From: Octopus bimaculoides
Taxonomy: Eukaryota
DNA length: 64,000 nucleotides
Direction: 5' to 3'
NCBI RefSeq assembly: GCF_001194135.2
Contig: NC_068981.1
Span: forward strand, 159,859,939 to 159,923,938
Shown here: piece after piece, positions 14,601 through 29,171 of the stretch
How positions within the stretch are numbered: position 1 is the first letter of the stretch
Layout: every line of letters begins with the position of its first letter
Program-made: the position numbers and the translations under genes
The notes under the pieces: generated by a model
Told to the model about the DNA's origin: nothing
Database searches by the model: none
Seen by the model: the letters and a program-made list of their open reading frames with translations, nothing else

Positions 14601-17600
14601 TTAATATTTTATTATCAGTAATAATTACTGAACCAAATATACCAAAGCTCATCCATCTCTCTAGCCTACAACACTCAGTTTCACATCTGTAATACAGCCA
14701 CATTAGACACAGGGTAATATTTTGATACAATTAAAAATATAAAAAAGCACATCTTATATGCCAGAAAATATGGTATCTTTGCTTTTTCACACTTCCAGGT
14801 TCAGTAAAATAGATTCCAGAAAGAGGTTTTCGAACACAACCTCAATCTGGTGACTAAAACTAACAGATGAATGAAACAAAATGGTGGAGGTTTGTCTCCT
14901 CACAAGTGATATAAACAGCAGTCCATTTTGCACCAAAAGTCAATATGAGAGACATGTCCAAGATGTGGGCTGCATGATGAAACCATCCTGCATGCTTTTG
15001 TACACTATCAGAAGCTTTCAGGCTTGATAATCTACGTTGAACATGTGCTGTCACACTTAGGCAGAGTACAGCTATCAGCTGAATCTATAATAAAAACTGT
15101 GTCGCCCACTGGACTCTCGAAGGAAGGTGAGGCATGTTTTCTCCTAACAGTGGCAGTGTTGAAAGAGTGTGTTTGGAAGATGAGACTGCAAGGACTCGTG
15201 ACGGGAACCTTGATCTCTGGCCCCGGATTGCTCACTTTTTCCAGATATCACCTGAAGAGCAAGATAGGGCTGGAGAGGTGTGTTTAAGAAAAGATGGAAG
15301 GCTGTGGTAAGAAAGGTGGGTGCAAGTGACCCAGATTAATCTCCATGGAGAAAGATAAAGGTATAGTCGCTGGGCTTTTCGCCCATCAGGGTGAATCCCC
15401 ACTGGCAAAAAATTATAAAAAATATATTATATTATACTCTCAGAGTGGTTGGCGTTAGGAAGGGCATCCAGCTGTAGAAACTCTGCCAGATCAGATTGGA
15501 GTCTGGTGTAGCCATCTGGTTCGCCAGTCCCCAGTCAAATCGTCCAACCCATGCTAGCATGGAAAGTGGACGTTAAATGATGATGATGATGATGATGATT
15601 GATTCGTATAATCATCAAAATTTTAAAATTAAGTTTCATTCGAACTCACATTAACATTTATCTGTTTGTTCTGTCTTGTTTGTCCCTTCTGTGTTAGATA
15701 ATCATTATCTTCATAAAGAAAGCATCTCTCTCTAGAGGTTGGACAAGCATCTATCATTGATAAGACCAAGGAAGGTTGAAATCATGTGACCTGGTGGTCT
15801 CAACACTGGAAGTGGCAAGTATTTATCTCCCCACTAGTGATATAAACAACAGTGCCAATATGAGAGTTTCCCCTGATGGTCACTACTGCAGTATAGTTTG
15901 TTCAAACAGAACATCCACATTTAAAATTTAAATTACAAAATTAAAATTGATGTAGTTTTCATTGATTTTTACCTCTCTGCATACAAAGCATTCAACTGGA
16001 AAGGTCAGCATAATGGTGATTGTATAAACAATCCGTGCTACATTTACTAGGCTGTCATTGTAGCAATAATTCTCAAGAAGATCTCCTGAAATATAAAATG
16101 ATAATTAAAAGACATGTACATAAAGCTTTCTCAATAAATCAAACTAATTAGATGCATGTGGATTAAATTCTAATATTTTAGCTGTAAATGTTAATTTGAA
16201 ACAGGAAAGGGAAATTAGCTCATAAATCAGGAAACATTCTAGAATTTCATAAGCCTTACACTTGTCTCAAGAAGCTTCAGAGTATTGTAAATATTCCTGC
16301 TTGAATTCAGTAAACAATAAAAGCAAGACAAAAAAATATGATTATACAGGATGGAGCAGAGAGGATGGACGTTTTTGAAAAATTCACAAAATCATTAATT
16401 TTAGCTGCAAACAAATTCTATTGATATTAGTGTATTTATATTGAATTAGCATTTGTTAAAATTAAGTGTGGAAAACAACATCCATCATGTGGTATCCGTT
16501 TTTATTGATGCATTTCTGAAGGCGTTCTTGGAAGTTGGCCTCCACTCTCTCCAGCATTGCTCTGTTGATTTGGCAAATAGCTTCCTTCAAATCAACCAAT
16601 GTCCGGGGCTTATGTGCATACACACGTGCCTTGAGGTTTCCTCATAAGAGATAATCCCACATAGACAAATTAGGGGACTGAGAGGGCTAACAAATGTCAG
16701 CAAACCTAGAAAGGAGGTGGTCACTGAAGAGAGGGCAAAAATACCCATTGATGCTCTGGCTGTGTTTGCCGTCACCCCATCACACATAAAATAGGCAGAC
16801 GTTTTCATCATAATTCAGGCACAAAGAAGTTGTTTAACATCTCAATGTAATGCTTGGAGTTTCCAGTAACAGCATTTCCATTATTGTCTTAAAAAAAGTA
16901 AGGACCAATGATGGTAGCTTTTCCAACAGCAAACCAGACTGTCACTTTTGGGCTGTGCAGTAGTCTTTTGTACAGTTCTCTCAGATTTTCAAGCACCCAA
17001 TAATGACAGTTCTGTTGATTTACCATGCCATTGAGATAAAAATGAGCTTCATCACTTATTAACAAAATGAAGTTGTCATTTGCCTCAAAAATTGCTTCCC
17101 TCTGACATGTGAAGTTAAGACACTGTGTATAGTCCCATGGTTTCAACTGTTGTCCAATGACCAATTTGTACAGGTGGAAATGCAGGTTTTCATGCAAAAT
17201 ATATCTTACCAATCGATTACTGATGCTAAGTTCAGTGGAATGTCTCCGAGCAGAGTGATTCAGACTCAAAGCTTGTCTGATGCATTCCACATTTTCTAGG
17301 GTTTCCTATTCATTAGTGTACCTCATGTACAAAGTGCGTTCACCCAACATCAGATTGTGTTTTGGGTGGGAACAGCCTGAACTCAGTGAATGTTGAAGTG
17401 GTGCCAAAACTCACAGTGAACTGCTGTCACAGACTCATTATTCTTCACGTAACTGTTGTAGACAAACACGCGATACTCTATCAACCATAGCGCCATGGCT
17501 TCGCCTGAAAACTAAAAAATGTTAAGACACCACGGACCAAATGGTATGCATTAGACATATGTTCCTTCCACTGGGGCTGAGCAATAGCCATTTCAAAAAC

Positions 17601-18047
17601 GTCCATCCTCTCTGCCCCACCCTGTATCTGTAAATAAATATAGAATGCACATTGAATTTGAAATGCTTTTGTTAGTTATCTAACTTTGGACACGTTTTTC
17701 CTGTTTAAATTAAATACATTAACTCTATTTGTGAATTCTATAAGAATTCTATATGTGAATTTTATGAGAAATCTCATACTGAAAAGTGTTTTTCCCAGGT
17801 AGTCACAGTTATAACAAAGGAGATCATCCTTTCTTCATAATATATGATGAGATTAGAAATCTCATCAAATATTATAAAGAAAAAGATGCATAGAATTCAC
17901 ACATTTAATTATTTTTGTTTATCTATTATGAAGTTCTTGTTATTTTTAGCTGATGGTAATCGTCTAGTACTATTTCATTCTTTTTAGAAATAATTTTTTT
18001 AGAAATGATGTAACTAGTGGTTTATAAATTAGAACACTTTACAAAGT

Positions 18048-18112
<65 letters not shown>

Positions 18113-21100
18113 GCAGATGGACAGTCAGACCGACGGACAGCTATCTCAATCACTAACAATTTTTAACCACAGTTTCTTATGCATCCTACTAATAAAACAC
18201 ACCAGCAACACACAAAAACTTTTCTCCAAAAGCAAATGTAAACTGAAAAGGGAAAATACATCAATGAATATTTATATGTATAGATATAATTTACCAACCC
18301 TGCGTGTAACCTGTGAAAGACACATAACCAACAATTCCAAATAGTAAGGTAAAAACTGTTGCTGCTGCTATGCTGGCGTGAGTTACATATCCCCATCTTG
18401 CTGTTGTTGGGTTCTCAAGTGATGTGTGTATCATGAAAGTATTGTGATGGCAGACATAAGCTGGAAATAAAATAGAAATAAACATCTTAGCAATATCTTT
18501 GAAGAGGCCTGGCAACATAATCTAAACAGACTAGTTCTTCCATTTTTCTTTATGTCAGGTATCTTCTGTTTCTTTGTTTTTCTTTACAGTATGGAAATGA
18601 TGTGGTGTTTATTAACGATTATGCTTACGATTATAGCAGTAGAAAATAATTTACGAAGTAATGATTTGTTCAGTCAAGTTTATTTTTTCTTCAAGTAGAC
18701 ACTGGAAAGAAATGAAATAAATATAGAAAGTCTATACAGTCAAAACATATTCTTACCAAATGATATGATTCCTAAAGCATCTGTAAAATGTCCATTGGCA
18801 AAAGACCATGCATTGGGTGTTGCAGGACTGAGAGAGAAAAAAATGTTTTATGGTTGGTGTTGTTTAATTAAGACATTATATATTCACATGTAAATATTTT
18901 TAGATGGTGTATTGCTACAGTATTGTGAAATTTGATAGACACAGTTTACCAGTGTGGAAGTCCATCAAATGGAACACCGTTGCACATACTGTCTGTCTGA
19001 GTATTATACTACATGTACTAATAACTGTGGAATATTCAACTACTTACATTGTAATACAATAAATATGTAGTTCTGTCTGAGCACTTAGAAAACTCCTTAT
19101 TGAGATCATTTACTCTGTGTGTTTATTTTTATTCTTTATCTATTTTATACGTAAACCAAAACAACAGAAATATAAATGTGACAAACTTGACTATTTCTTT
19201 GTACATTTTGCCAAAAAAAAATTAATGAACAGCCCTCATTGAGTTTCAAACCTTATTGTGATTCTCATCAGGAGTGTCTACGTTAACTTGACCAATCACA
19301 GAGAAACAAGTAGCCAGTCACAGGAAAGGTTTGCCACACAGATTCCTCAAAACTGAGCCACCTAGCAGGCGATCTAGGGGTAGACCATAAGCAAAAAGGT
19401 GGGTGAATATCCATAGTCTCAGTAGGTCATGCTTGGGAATCCAGCTAGAAAGTGTGATGATGGTTGCTTCTGGTAGGACCTTATGGAGAAGGTGCCTGAG
19501 AACTACCCCCATGAATAGTGTGCGTTGAAAATGGAGGGTAAGATGAGCTACAGCTTTATCATTTTCTTTGTTAAATATTTTGCTTTGATATTTTGCTTAT
19601 ATATAGTGGTGCAAGAAATACATATATTTTTCTGCACCCATTTAATAAGTCCTGTCACTTAGTTTTTCACAAAGTACCATATATATTCATTGTTGTTTCC
19701 TGATTACCTCTGTTGGTTTATATGAATTATCTTTAGGTTACAAACAAGCATTATAATAAGGTGCCCATGTACTTCCACCCACCTTCATTTATTGACATAT
19801 ATATCCTGCTATAGCCTACATTTCTTTCTTCTTTTTTTTTTAAAACTAATAAGAGTTCCATAGACAGCAGTAAACGTTAACAAATGGGGCAATTCAGTAT
19901 ATTACATATGGCAATTTCATTATTTTAATGGTTCACAACCTGACAAGAATCTTAGACAAATTTATTTATTAAAGCAAAATGTATACAAAATTAGCAATTT
20001 CTTTAATGTAATTTTCCACAATCTGGGAAGATCTTTAGATAATTGAAATTTAGCAATGAAATTAATTATGTAACATGTTAAATTTGGCAGTATATAATAA
20101 AAGGATGATTGTTTGAGGCAATTTAACAAATTAGCAAAAGACTGAATAATTTTTAACAATTAAATTTTAATTATGAAAATTGGTAATTTTTTTTACATAA
20201 TTGGTAAATGACTGTTGTAATTTAATAATTTTTTTTTTTTAATGTTGAAGAATTTTTGGTAAAATGCCTGACAATTTTCAAAAATTAGCAAAATATGGCA
20301 AAGGATGAATGTCTGTGACAACTTGGCTCCAGAAATGGTAAAAAGATTCTTATTCAGATTAGCATGAAACATTACTGTTGGCCATTTTACTATAAGTTAC
20401 TGCTATCTGCTGGATTTTCCTCCATTTGAGATAAAGAGCTCCCATGAAAACTTGTCACATATACATAAGCAAACACTCATACATATTTTCATATATGATT
20501 ACTCATATACATATCTATATATATCTTTATATTGAAAACTTTGATAATAAAAGTCAATGATGATAACGTTACAAATGACTTGATCTGTAAAGACAACTGG
20601 AATTGATAGTGGGAAAATTTTGTATCAGAATATTTTAATACTCACACCTTTGCTGTCATTGTAGGAAGACGAAAAATGATGACTAAGACAACAAAGAATA
20701 TTAATAACAATGCCAGACCTGCCCACTGAAACAAAAGAGATAGAAAAATTATTAAAGGACACTGAATAAGTATCAATTTTAAAGCTTCAAATATCAAGTT
20801 ACACTGAAATTATAAATGTGAAAACATAAGAGCACACACATTCTTGAAAGATAAATTATTGTATTTGCTGGTGTTTAAGATGCACTCTTGCAGTAGATGC
20901 ACATCTATTTTACAAATATATTTTGTGGAAAAATGAATTCAGTATGTTTCATCATACACTTACTGAAAGATATTTTAAAGTGGCTTTGTAGGGGAAATGC
21001 ACAACTCTGTGCATGTAAATACAATATTGAGACAAAATACTGGAATAAGGTATGAAATCATAAATTTATCCAGTATGTCTGTCAACTTTTAACTAAGCTA

Positions 21101-24100
21101 TAAAGAGAAGAAGTTGTAGGGTGTGATTTGAGGGAGATGTAGCTACTATGTTTTGCAGATCTTGTGATTGCATGGAGACTCATTGACTATTTCAAGACAG
21201 TAGGAGAGGTTTGGAGCCAACTAGTTTAGAAAAAACAGAGACTGTTGGAAGAGGTAAAGAAAAGGTACAGTGCAGCAATCATCAATTAAATATTTTATAG
21301 AAAGTAGTACAAAATCTGAAAATAGTTAGTATTGTTTATCAGCAAGACTGGCTTCAAGTTTTGGCACAATGCCAGCAATTTCAGGGGAGGGGTTAAGTCA
21401 ATTAGAACAACCTCAGTTTTCAACTGGTATTTATTTTATCGACTCCTAAAAGATGAAAGGCAAAGTCAACCTTGGCAAATTTGAACTCAGAACATAAAAA
21501 TAGACAAATACTGCTAAGCATTTTGTTCAGCATACTAACTATTCTGCCAACTTGCCACCTTAATTAGCAAGAAAAATATTAAGTGCTGCAAAAATTTAGA
21601 AAAATACAGTGCAATGGTTGAACACTGTGAAAACAATGGACGAGAGGCAATATATTTTCCTAGGGAAAAAGATTTTAGAGGGTTCACTCAATATTCAGGA
21701 GTCTAAGATAAGTTGAAAAGGGGACAAAAGATGTTGGCAGAAAATTGTTAGAAGTCACTGAGAAAGCAAGCAATTACATCTGGCTCAAGAGAGAGAATGA
21801 GTGGTGCAGCAATAATGAGCATCAAGGGATGGCAAAAACATCTGGCCCAGAGCTATGACATCCGATTCAACAAAGTCCATGCTGGTGTGTGGGAGTTTTG
21901 TCGCCTGCATTGGTGAGTAGCCAGTAGGATGTGTATACACACACACACACACACACATAATGGACAACTTTGTTGGCCCAAGATAACAATAAATGGTTAT
22001 CAAAGAATATAGTTTCATTATTTTGCCTTATATGATGCAACTATATTATAATAACACAAATAATAATTCCTTCTGATTTTGGCACAAGGCCAGCAATTTT
22101 GAAGAGAAGAGACAAGTCATCATCTCTAGTACTTGACTGGTACATTATTGTACTGACTCTAAAATTATGAAAGGCAAAGTTTATGTTAGCAGGGTTTGAG
22201 CTCAGCACACAAGCAAACAAAAAAACTGCCTCTAAGAATTTTGTCTGATGTGATAAGGATTCTGTCGGCTTGCTGCCTTAATGATTCTAATAGCTTCAAA
22301 TTTTAGTACAAGGCCAGCAATTTTAAGATTTTAGGGTGGGAACAGTCATTGATTATATTGACCCCAGTGCTTGGTTGTTACTTATTTAACCAATTCTGAA
22401 AGTATGACAGGCAAAGGTGACCTTGGCAGAATTTGAACTCAAAATGTAAAGAGCCAAAAGAAATGCTGCCAAGCATTTTGTTTAATACAATAATGATTCT
22501 GTCAGCTCACTGCCTTAATGACATATGTAACAATGGTTTCAAATTTTGGTACAGGGTCAGCAGTTTTTGAGGGGAGGGGAAGGGTCAATTACATTGACCT
22601 CAGTACTTGACTGATGCTTATTTTATCACCCCTGACAGGATGAAAGGCAAAGTCAATCATGGCAGAATTTAAACTCTGAATATAAAGACAGACAAAATGC
22701 CACTAATCATTTTGTCTGGCATGCTAATGATTATGCCAGTTTACCACTTTAATGATACATATATGAATGGTTTCAAATTTTGGCACAAGCCCAGCAATTT
22801 TAAGTTACAAACCCACTGCTCAACTGATACTTATTTTATCAACCCTGAAAGGATGAAAGTCAACCTTAATGGAATAACACATAATAATCCTTTCTACTGG
22901 AGGCACAAGGTCTCAGATTTGTGGGGCGGGGACTAGTCGATTACATCAACCCCAGTGTTTCACTGGTACTTAATTTATCAACCCCAAAAGGATGAACAGC
23001 AAAGTCAACCTTGGCAGAATTTGAACTCAGAATGTAGCAGCAAACGAAATACTGCAAAACATTTCATCCAGCACACTAACAGTTCTACCAGCTCACCGCC
23101 TTAATAACACATATAATAATAACACATAAAAGTACCCGTTTGTTGCAGATTTCGAATAATGTCTAATAAAATTACTTCATCTAATGTTCCACTCAAACTA
23201 AGCTGACTAAAGTTGCTGAAACAAGTGTCCCATTATTTTTACCTTGTACATTTTCCACAAAGAGCACAAAATGAGAGAGAGAGACTGATCAATAAAATAA
23301 AAACACATAGAATAAAAACAAATAAAAGCAAACAAAAATAAATATTTTCCATTGACATTTAACAGTTGGGTTTCACTTAATGCACTTTCTTAACAGCAGA
23401 CATGCTTCGTAGTTTGATTTCACACTCATCAACATGCTTAAATACCATCTCTTAGATATTTCCTTCTTCATATCGAATAACCTTCTATGCATGCATGGGT
23501 GTGTGTATATGTGCATGTGTGTATGTTTGAATGCTTCTTCTATATGCACGTGTGTGTATGCATATATATATTTGTGTGTTGGTATGAGATGTGTGCTCTG
23601 TGTATGTGTGTATGTGCATGTGTGTACATGTGGTGTGTGTATTGTCAGTGTGTTCAAATAGACACATGTGTTTGTATCAGTGTGTACATGTGCATGTATG
23701 TGTGTGTATGTAGATGTATGTGCATGCATGTTTGTATGCATGTGTACATACACATCAACATGGATGATCTTGTATGCCTACATGTACTTGTTTGTGTATA
23801 GTATGCATGTGTGTTTTGTGTGAGAGCATGCATGCTTGTATGCATGTATGCATGCACATGTGACTGGGTGATCTTTTGTACCTGCATGTGATTATGTTTG
23901 TGTATGTGTTTGTATGTGTGAGTACATGTACGTTTGTATGCATGTATGTATGCACTTGCATGTGAGTGATCTTGTATGCTTCCTTGTATGTTTGTGTGTG
24001 TGTGTGTGTGCGTGTGTGTGCATGTGCTTGTATATGTGTGCAATTGTGTGTGTGTGTGCATGCATGTTTGTATGCATGTCTGCATGGATGATTTTGTGTT

Positions 24101-26867
24101 ATTTGTGTGTGTATATGTATTTATAGGTATGCATGCATGCACATATGTGTACATGATCTTTTGTATCAGTATGTGTTTGTTTGAGTGTGCATATGCTTGT
24201 GTGTCGGCATGTGTATGTATGCACAAGTGCATAGGTATATGTATGAGTGAGTGTGTATGTTAATTGATTTCTCTTTTCTTCTCTGTTAAAATAATTTCCC
24301 CATTACCATGTTTACTGATTTCAATTGAAATATTTCCGATCTATCATGAAAGAGGAAATCCTTCAAGAAGTTTAGAATGTCATCGGTCTCACTATACTGA
24401 TAAATAAAACAATCTTGCATTCTGTTGTTGTTGTTGTTGCTGCTGTTTTCATCATCATCGTCTTTAACATCTTTGTTGTCATCATAATTTTTATTCTTGT
24501 ACTTGTTTATGTTGATGTTTTTCATATTGGTGGCGGTGGTTGGGGTTTATGTGATTAAAGTGTAAGTGTCTGTGGGCGGGATGATGATGGTGGAATGATA
24601 GTAAGAGTCTGGAATAAGGAGCAGGGGGATGAGGCTGTAACAGGCAGACGGGGTGCACTATATATAGTAGAGCAGCTTCTTCAAGTTAAGCACATTATTA
24701 TGAATGGAAATGAGATCCAGTCAATACTCTGAAATGCATGCTTCTTAACTATTCATTATTAAAAAATACTCCTCAAAAGCTAGAAGAGGAAACCAGGATC
24801 TAATTTTTAATAGGTTTTTAAAAATTCAAATCAAACCAATTTGAAAGAAAGAAATTGAAGTAATATAGGACCACCTTAATACCTTTTGATACCAACCCAC
24901 CTCAGACTGACCCTGGCTCCATGATGAAAATTCAGTATCTTAAAGTGAACTTAATTAAAAGGTTTCATAAGTGTCATAATTTATGTTCCAAACACCAGGA
25001 TAATAATGACAGTGTTACTTTACTAAATTCTTCATTATTTTCAAAACTAATTAAAACAAAAATGTTTTAACAGAAATAGGTTAACAAAAGGGTAAAGAGT
25101 TAGATATGTATTTTAATGTATTTTTATCTTCAATTTAGATCATGATCTAAATATTTTATTGATTTAGGGTTTTTTTTCCTACAAAACAAATGTTGTATTA
25201 AAAATAGACAGAGTCTAAAAGTTCTGACAAATCAAATATGATGGGTTGTATGGAATATCTGGGAACATAAGATAAAATGTATTTTTTTATAAGTGCCACA
25301 CATTTGGTATGGAACAGAGAATGAGGTATAAAATGGATTTAATAGTTATCAAGTTAACAGATTATTAGTTAGAACAGTTCATATCCTGCAACTAGCAGTT
25401 TGTCATTGTCATCATCATCACCATCAGCATTACTACCCCACCACCACCAAAGTCATTATCACCCTAACTTCCACCTCCACTGCCAACACCACCATATCAC
25501 TGTTGTCATTGTCACCACCATCATCTTCATCATTGTTGTCATGCCATCATCTTCATCATCATCATTGTTGTTGTTGTTGTTGTCATTATCATCATCATTT
25601 TTTTTTTTTCAATGCTGGCATGCTTTGGAAGTGTCTTACAATATTTTGCCACACTTCACAAATACTTTCTCTGTGGCACAAATATCAACAAAGAAAACAC
25701 CCACCTCTGTTGTGTATTTCTTGCAGTGTGAATAGAATCTCATTTATCATTAAAGAGATTGTCAGTAGTTGATCTAAAAGAATCTTCTCTATTCTGAATT
25801 AGTTGTGATTTGGAATATCTCCCATCTGAGATAGAAGTTCTGAGTTGCAACTTGTGGAATTTGCAGTTTCTTTTCATATGCTCCATTTCTGTCATGACTT
25901 CTACAACTGAATGTTGTTCCTACCACCATCCACATTACAGCATATACTGGGTGCATTTTAGCATGCCACCAGCACTAGAGAAACTGTCTACAATAGGATA
26001 AAAAAAACCTATTGGTTCTTATTCAGAATTACTATCTTCCCAGATTGGTATTCTGTGATGCAGCTGGCAGAGTCCACATCTCCTTTATATATTCTATTTT
26101 TGGCAAGGTTTTTATAGCTGGATGCTCTTCCTATCATTGATGTAAGTGTGCACATGTATGTGTATATGTGTGTGTATATGCATTTTTGCTTGTGTACATG
26201 TGTGCATATCTCATTTTCTTGGATATACACACATATTTACTCAGACATAAAACATACACACATACATGGGTACAGTTGCTTTCTCTTTATTGCACACACA
26301 TACAACCACTCTGTAACATGGACTGAATGAATTTTATTGTATCACTAGCATCAGCTCTGCACTAAAGACACTTAATTCTCAATAGCTGAGTCCATCTTGC
26401 TGTAAACCACTTTATGATGATTACAGCTCACTGTATTAAGCAGTAAAAGCACTACAAAAGTGCCAAACACTTCATTTTATTGCATAGCCTAATTCAACTT
26501 CAATGGTTCAAATTTAGAAAAAAATGGCTTTTTTCTCATTTTACAATATGAAGGTAGAATATTCAGTGATACCTAAAAGACTTGTGCATTGTTGTTCTTA
26601 TCACCACCCCATCACCAATATCTTATTATTGATATATGATGATCAGATGTCATACATAGCATTTTCAGTCATACTACCACCACTTTCACCGCCACCACCA
26701 CCTCCTAAAACAACTGCTTTATTGGGGACAGTGAAGATTTTAGGATTGGTACTTGAGTGGTAAATTTTGTGGAAAGACACTGTGAGATCTTTGACAAGAG
26801 GTTGCTGTCTGCTCTTACAGAATTAACTGGAGCAAGTAGAATTGAGATTTCTGAGAAGTAAAATGCA

Positions 26868-26923
<56 letters not shown>

Positions 26924-27458
26924 GAAAAGTGAAGGCTAAAGAGAGGCAAGAAATTGTATGAACACAAACTGCAGAGAGTGACAGAGTCAGAGACTAGCAA
27001 AATCCTCTGGGATTTCCCAATCCAAACAGAACAGGTGCTAGAGCATAATAGACCGAACCTAGTAGTGGTGGACAAGGTGCACCACATATGCTATGTAGTT
27101 GACATTGCATGCCCCTTTGACCCATGAATAGTCAAGAAGGAAGACGAAAGGATAGATAGATACAACCCTTATAAGTAATGGCCAGGTAAGGGAAAATGAA
27201 GAAGGTGAAGATAGTGCCAATTATTATTGCATCCTTGTGAACAGTATTAGAAGGTATCAAGAGGAATATAAAGGAAATCGGAATAAAGTGCCCAGTAGAA
27301 CTGCTACAAAAGGTTTATCTCCTTGGCACAGTCAGAATAATCAGGAAAGTATTAGATAGCTGAAAAGAATGAATAGCATGGTACTGTAGGCTGCAGGTAG
27401 TAAGCCTGCTATGCATGCAAGACTCCAGGAGCACCAACAAAACCTGTGATAGAGAGAA

Positions 27459-27500
<42 letters not shown>

Positions 27501-28604
27501 GAAGCACTGATCTCAGATGACAACATAACAAAAATTGTGAAAGACATAAAAATCATCATGAAAACAGAAAAACAAAACATACTAAAGAAGAAATGGAGAG
27601 AAAAATCACTCCATGGTCAATACTCTGCAAAGCTTGACAGAGAAGAAGTGAGCCTAAGTAAAAGCCAACAATGGCTCAAAAACTCTGAACTAAAAGCTGA
27701 AACAGAAGGACTGACTCTCACTACACAAGACCAATGTCTGACCACAAACAACTATGAAAGTAAAATAATGAAAACAGACCCCAACACTAAATGCAGAATC
27801 AGCAACCTGCACACTGAGACAGTTGACTACATCATCTCTGGCTCTCCACTCCTTGCCAAATCTGAATATGTATACAGACATTACTGAGTAAGTAGTTATA
27901 TCCACTGGACAATATACCAACACTACAACATAAAGACTAACAAAAAATGGTATAAAGACCTCTAAATTGAAGTATTCAAGACATGGGGAATGAAAGTGAA
28001 AACAATACCAGTCATAATTTGAGCATTGGGTATGATAAAAAAAAAGTATGAACAAAAACACAGAAGCTCTACCTAGACCCTCAACACAACACACTTTCCA
28101 AAAAATAGCCCTATTAGGAACAGGCCACATCCTACAGAAGACATTATCAGTTCAATAGTATAATCCAAATAAAACAATCCACAAACACAAGAAACACTCT
28201 ATACAGTAAATATCCAATAAAATATACAACCCCCACAACATATACTCTACAGGCTGGACACCCAACAAAAGAACACAACTCGCATTACACATACAATACA
28301 TGATACAAATACTAATACAACAAAAGACACAGCCAAACCCTATAACAAAACAAACTGATGCAATACAATACCAGGATGAGTATTGCATTCCCCCAACAAC
28401 AAAAAAGAACACACAATGCTGTACGCACAGAGGTGTAACAGGTGATGCAGTAGAAATCTACCTGAAACTATCAAATGTTGAATAATAATGATGATGATGA
28501 TGATAATGATGAGGACGATGATAACGACAATAATAATAATAATGATGATGATGATGATTATAATAATAATAACCCTAATAATAATAATAATAATAATAAT
28601 AATG

Positions 28605-28658
<54 letters not shown>

Positions 28659-29120
28659 CAATAGCTGGAAAAAATGCTACGTATAACATTTGGTGGTTAT
28701 ATATCAATAATAACATATTGGTGATGGGAATAGTGATAAGAGCAACAGTAGTTGTTTTTTCAAGTAGCACACAATATTCTACATTCATATAGTAAATCAA
28801 AAAGAAAAGCCATCTTCTTCTAAGCTTAACTCACAGAAGTTGAATTTGGCTTTGCAATAAAATGAAGCATTTGATGCTTTTGCAATGCTCCTATTACTTA
28901 ACACAGCAAACAGTATCATCATATAGTGGTTTACAGCTATACATTTAATGTTCTTACATTATCATTATAATGTTATCAAGTTTCAGTATTTAGAATAAAA
29001 TAATGGGGTAGGGCACAAGTACTTTACAGGATACATTATTTACATTATTTACACCTTCATCAGGTGTCTTGGGGAAATTTCAAACCTGGGTTCTCATTCC
29101 TAAGGTATTTTTCGATGTTG

Positions 29121-29171
<51 letters not shown>

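Noticed and set aside
14540-14686. 147-nt AG/GT-bounded segment between two transporter exons, as a possible cassette exon
   Set aside because: In the required phase 0 it reads ATG TGA; the open frame is the wrong phase, the pyrimidine tract is weak and there is no transporter similarity. At most a poison exon.
23373-24263. Cluster of long overlapping ORFs rich in Cys/Val or His/Thr
   Set aside because: Translations of a TG/CA cryptic microsatellite.
28810-28920. Minus-strand hydrophobic stretch ending at a gtgagt donor, as a transporter exon
   Set aside because: The 29615-29724 and 20646-20725 exons already join in frame with family motifs; no acceptor or similarity supports it.
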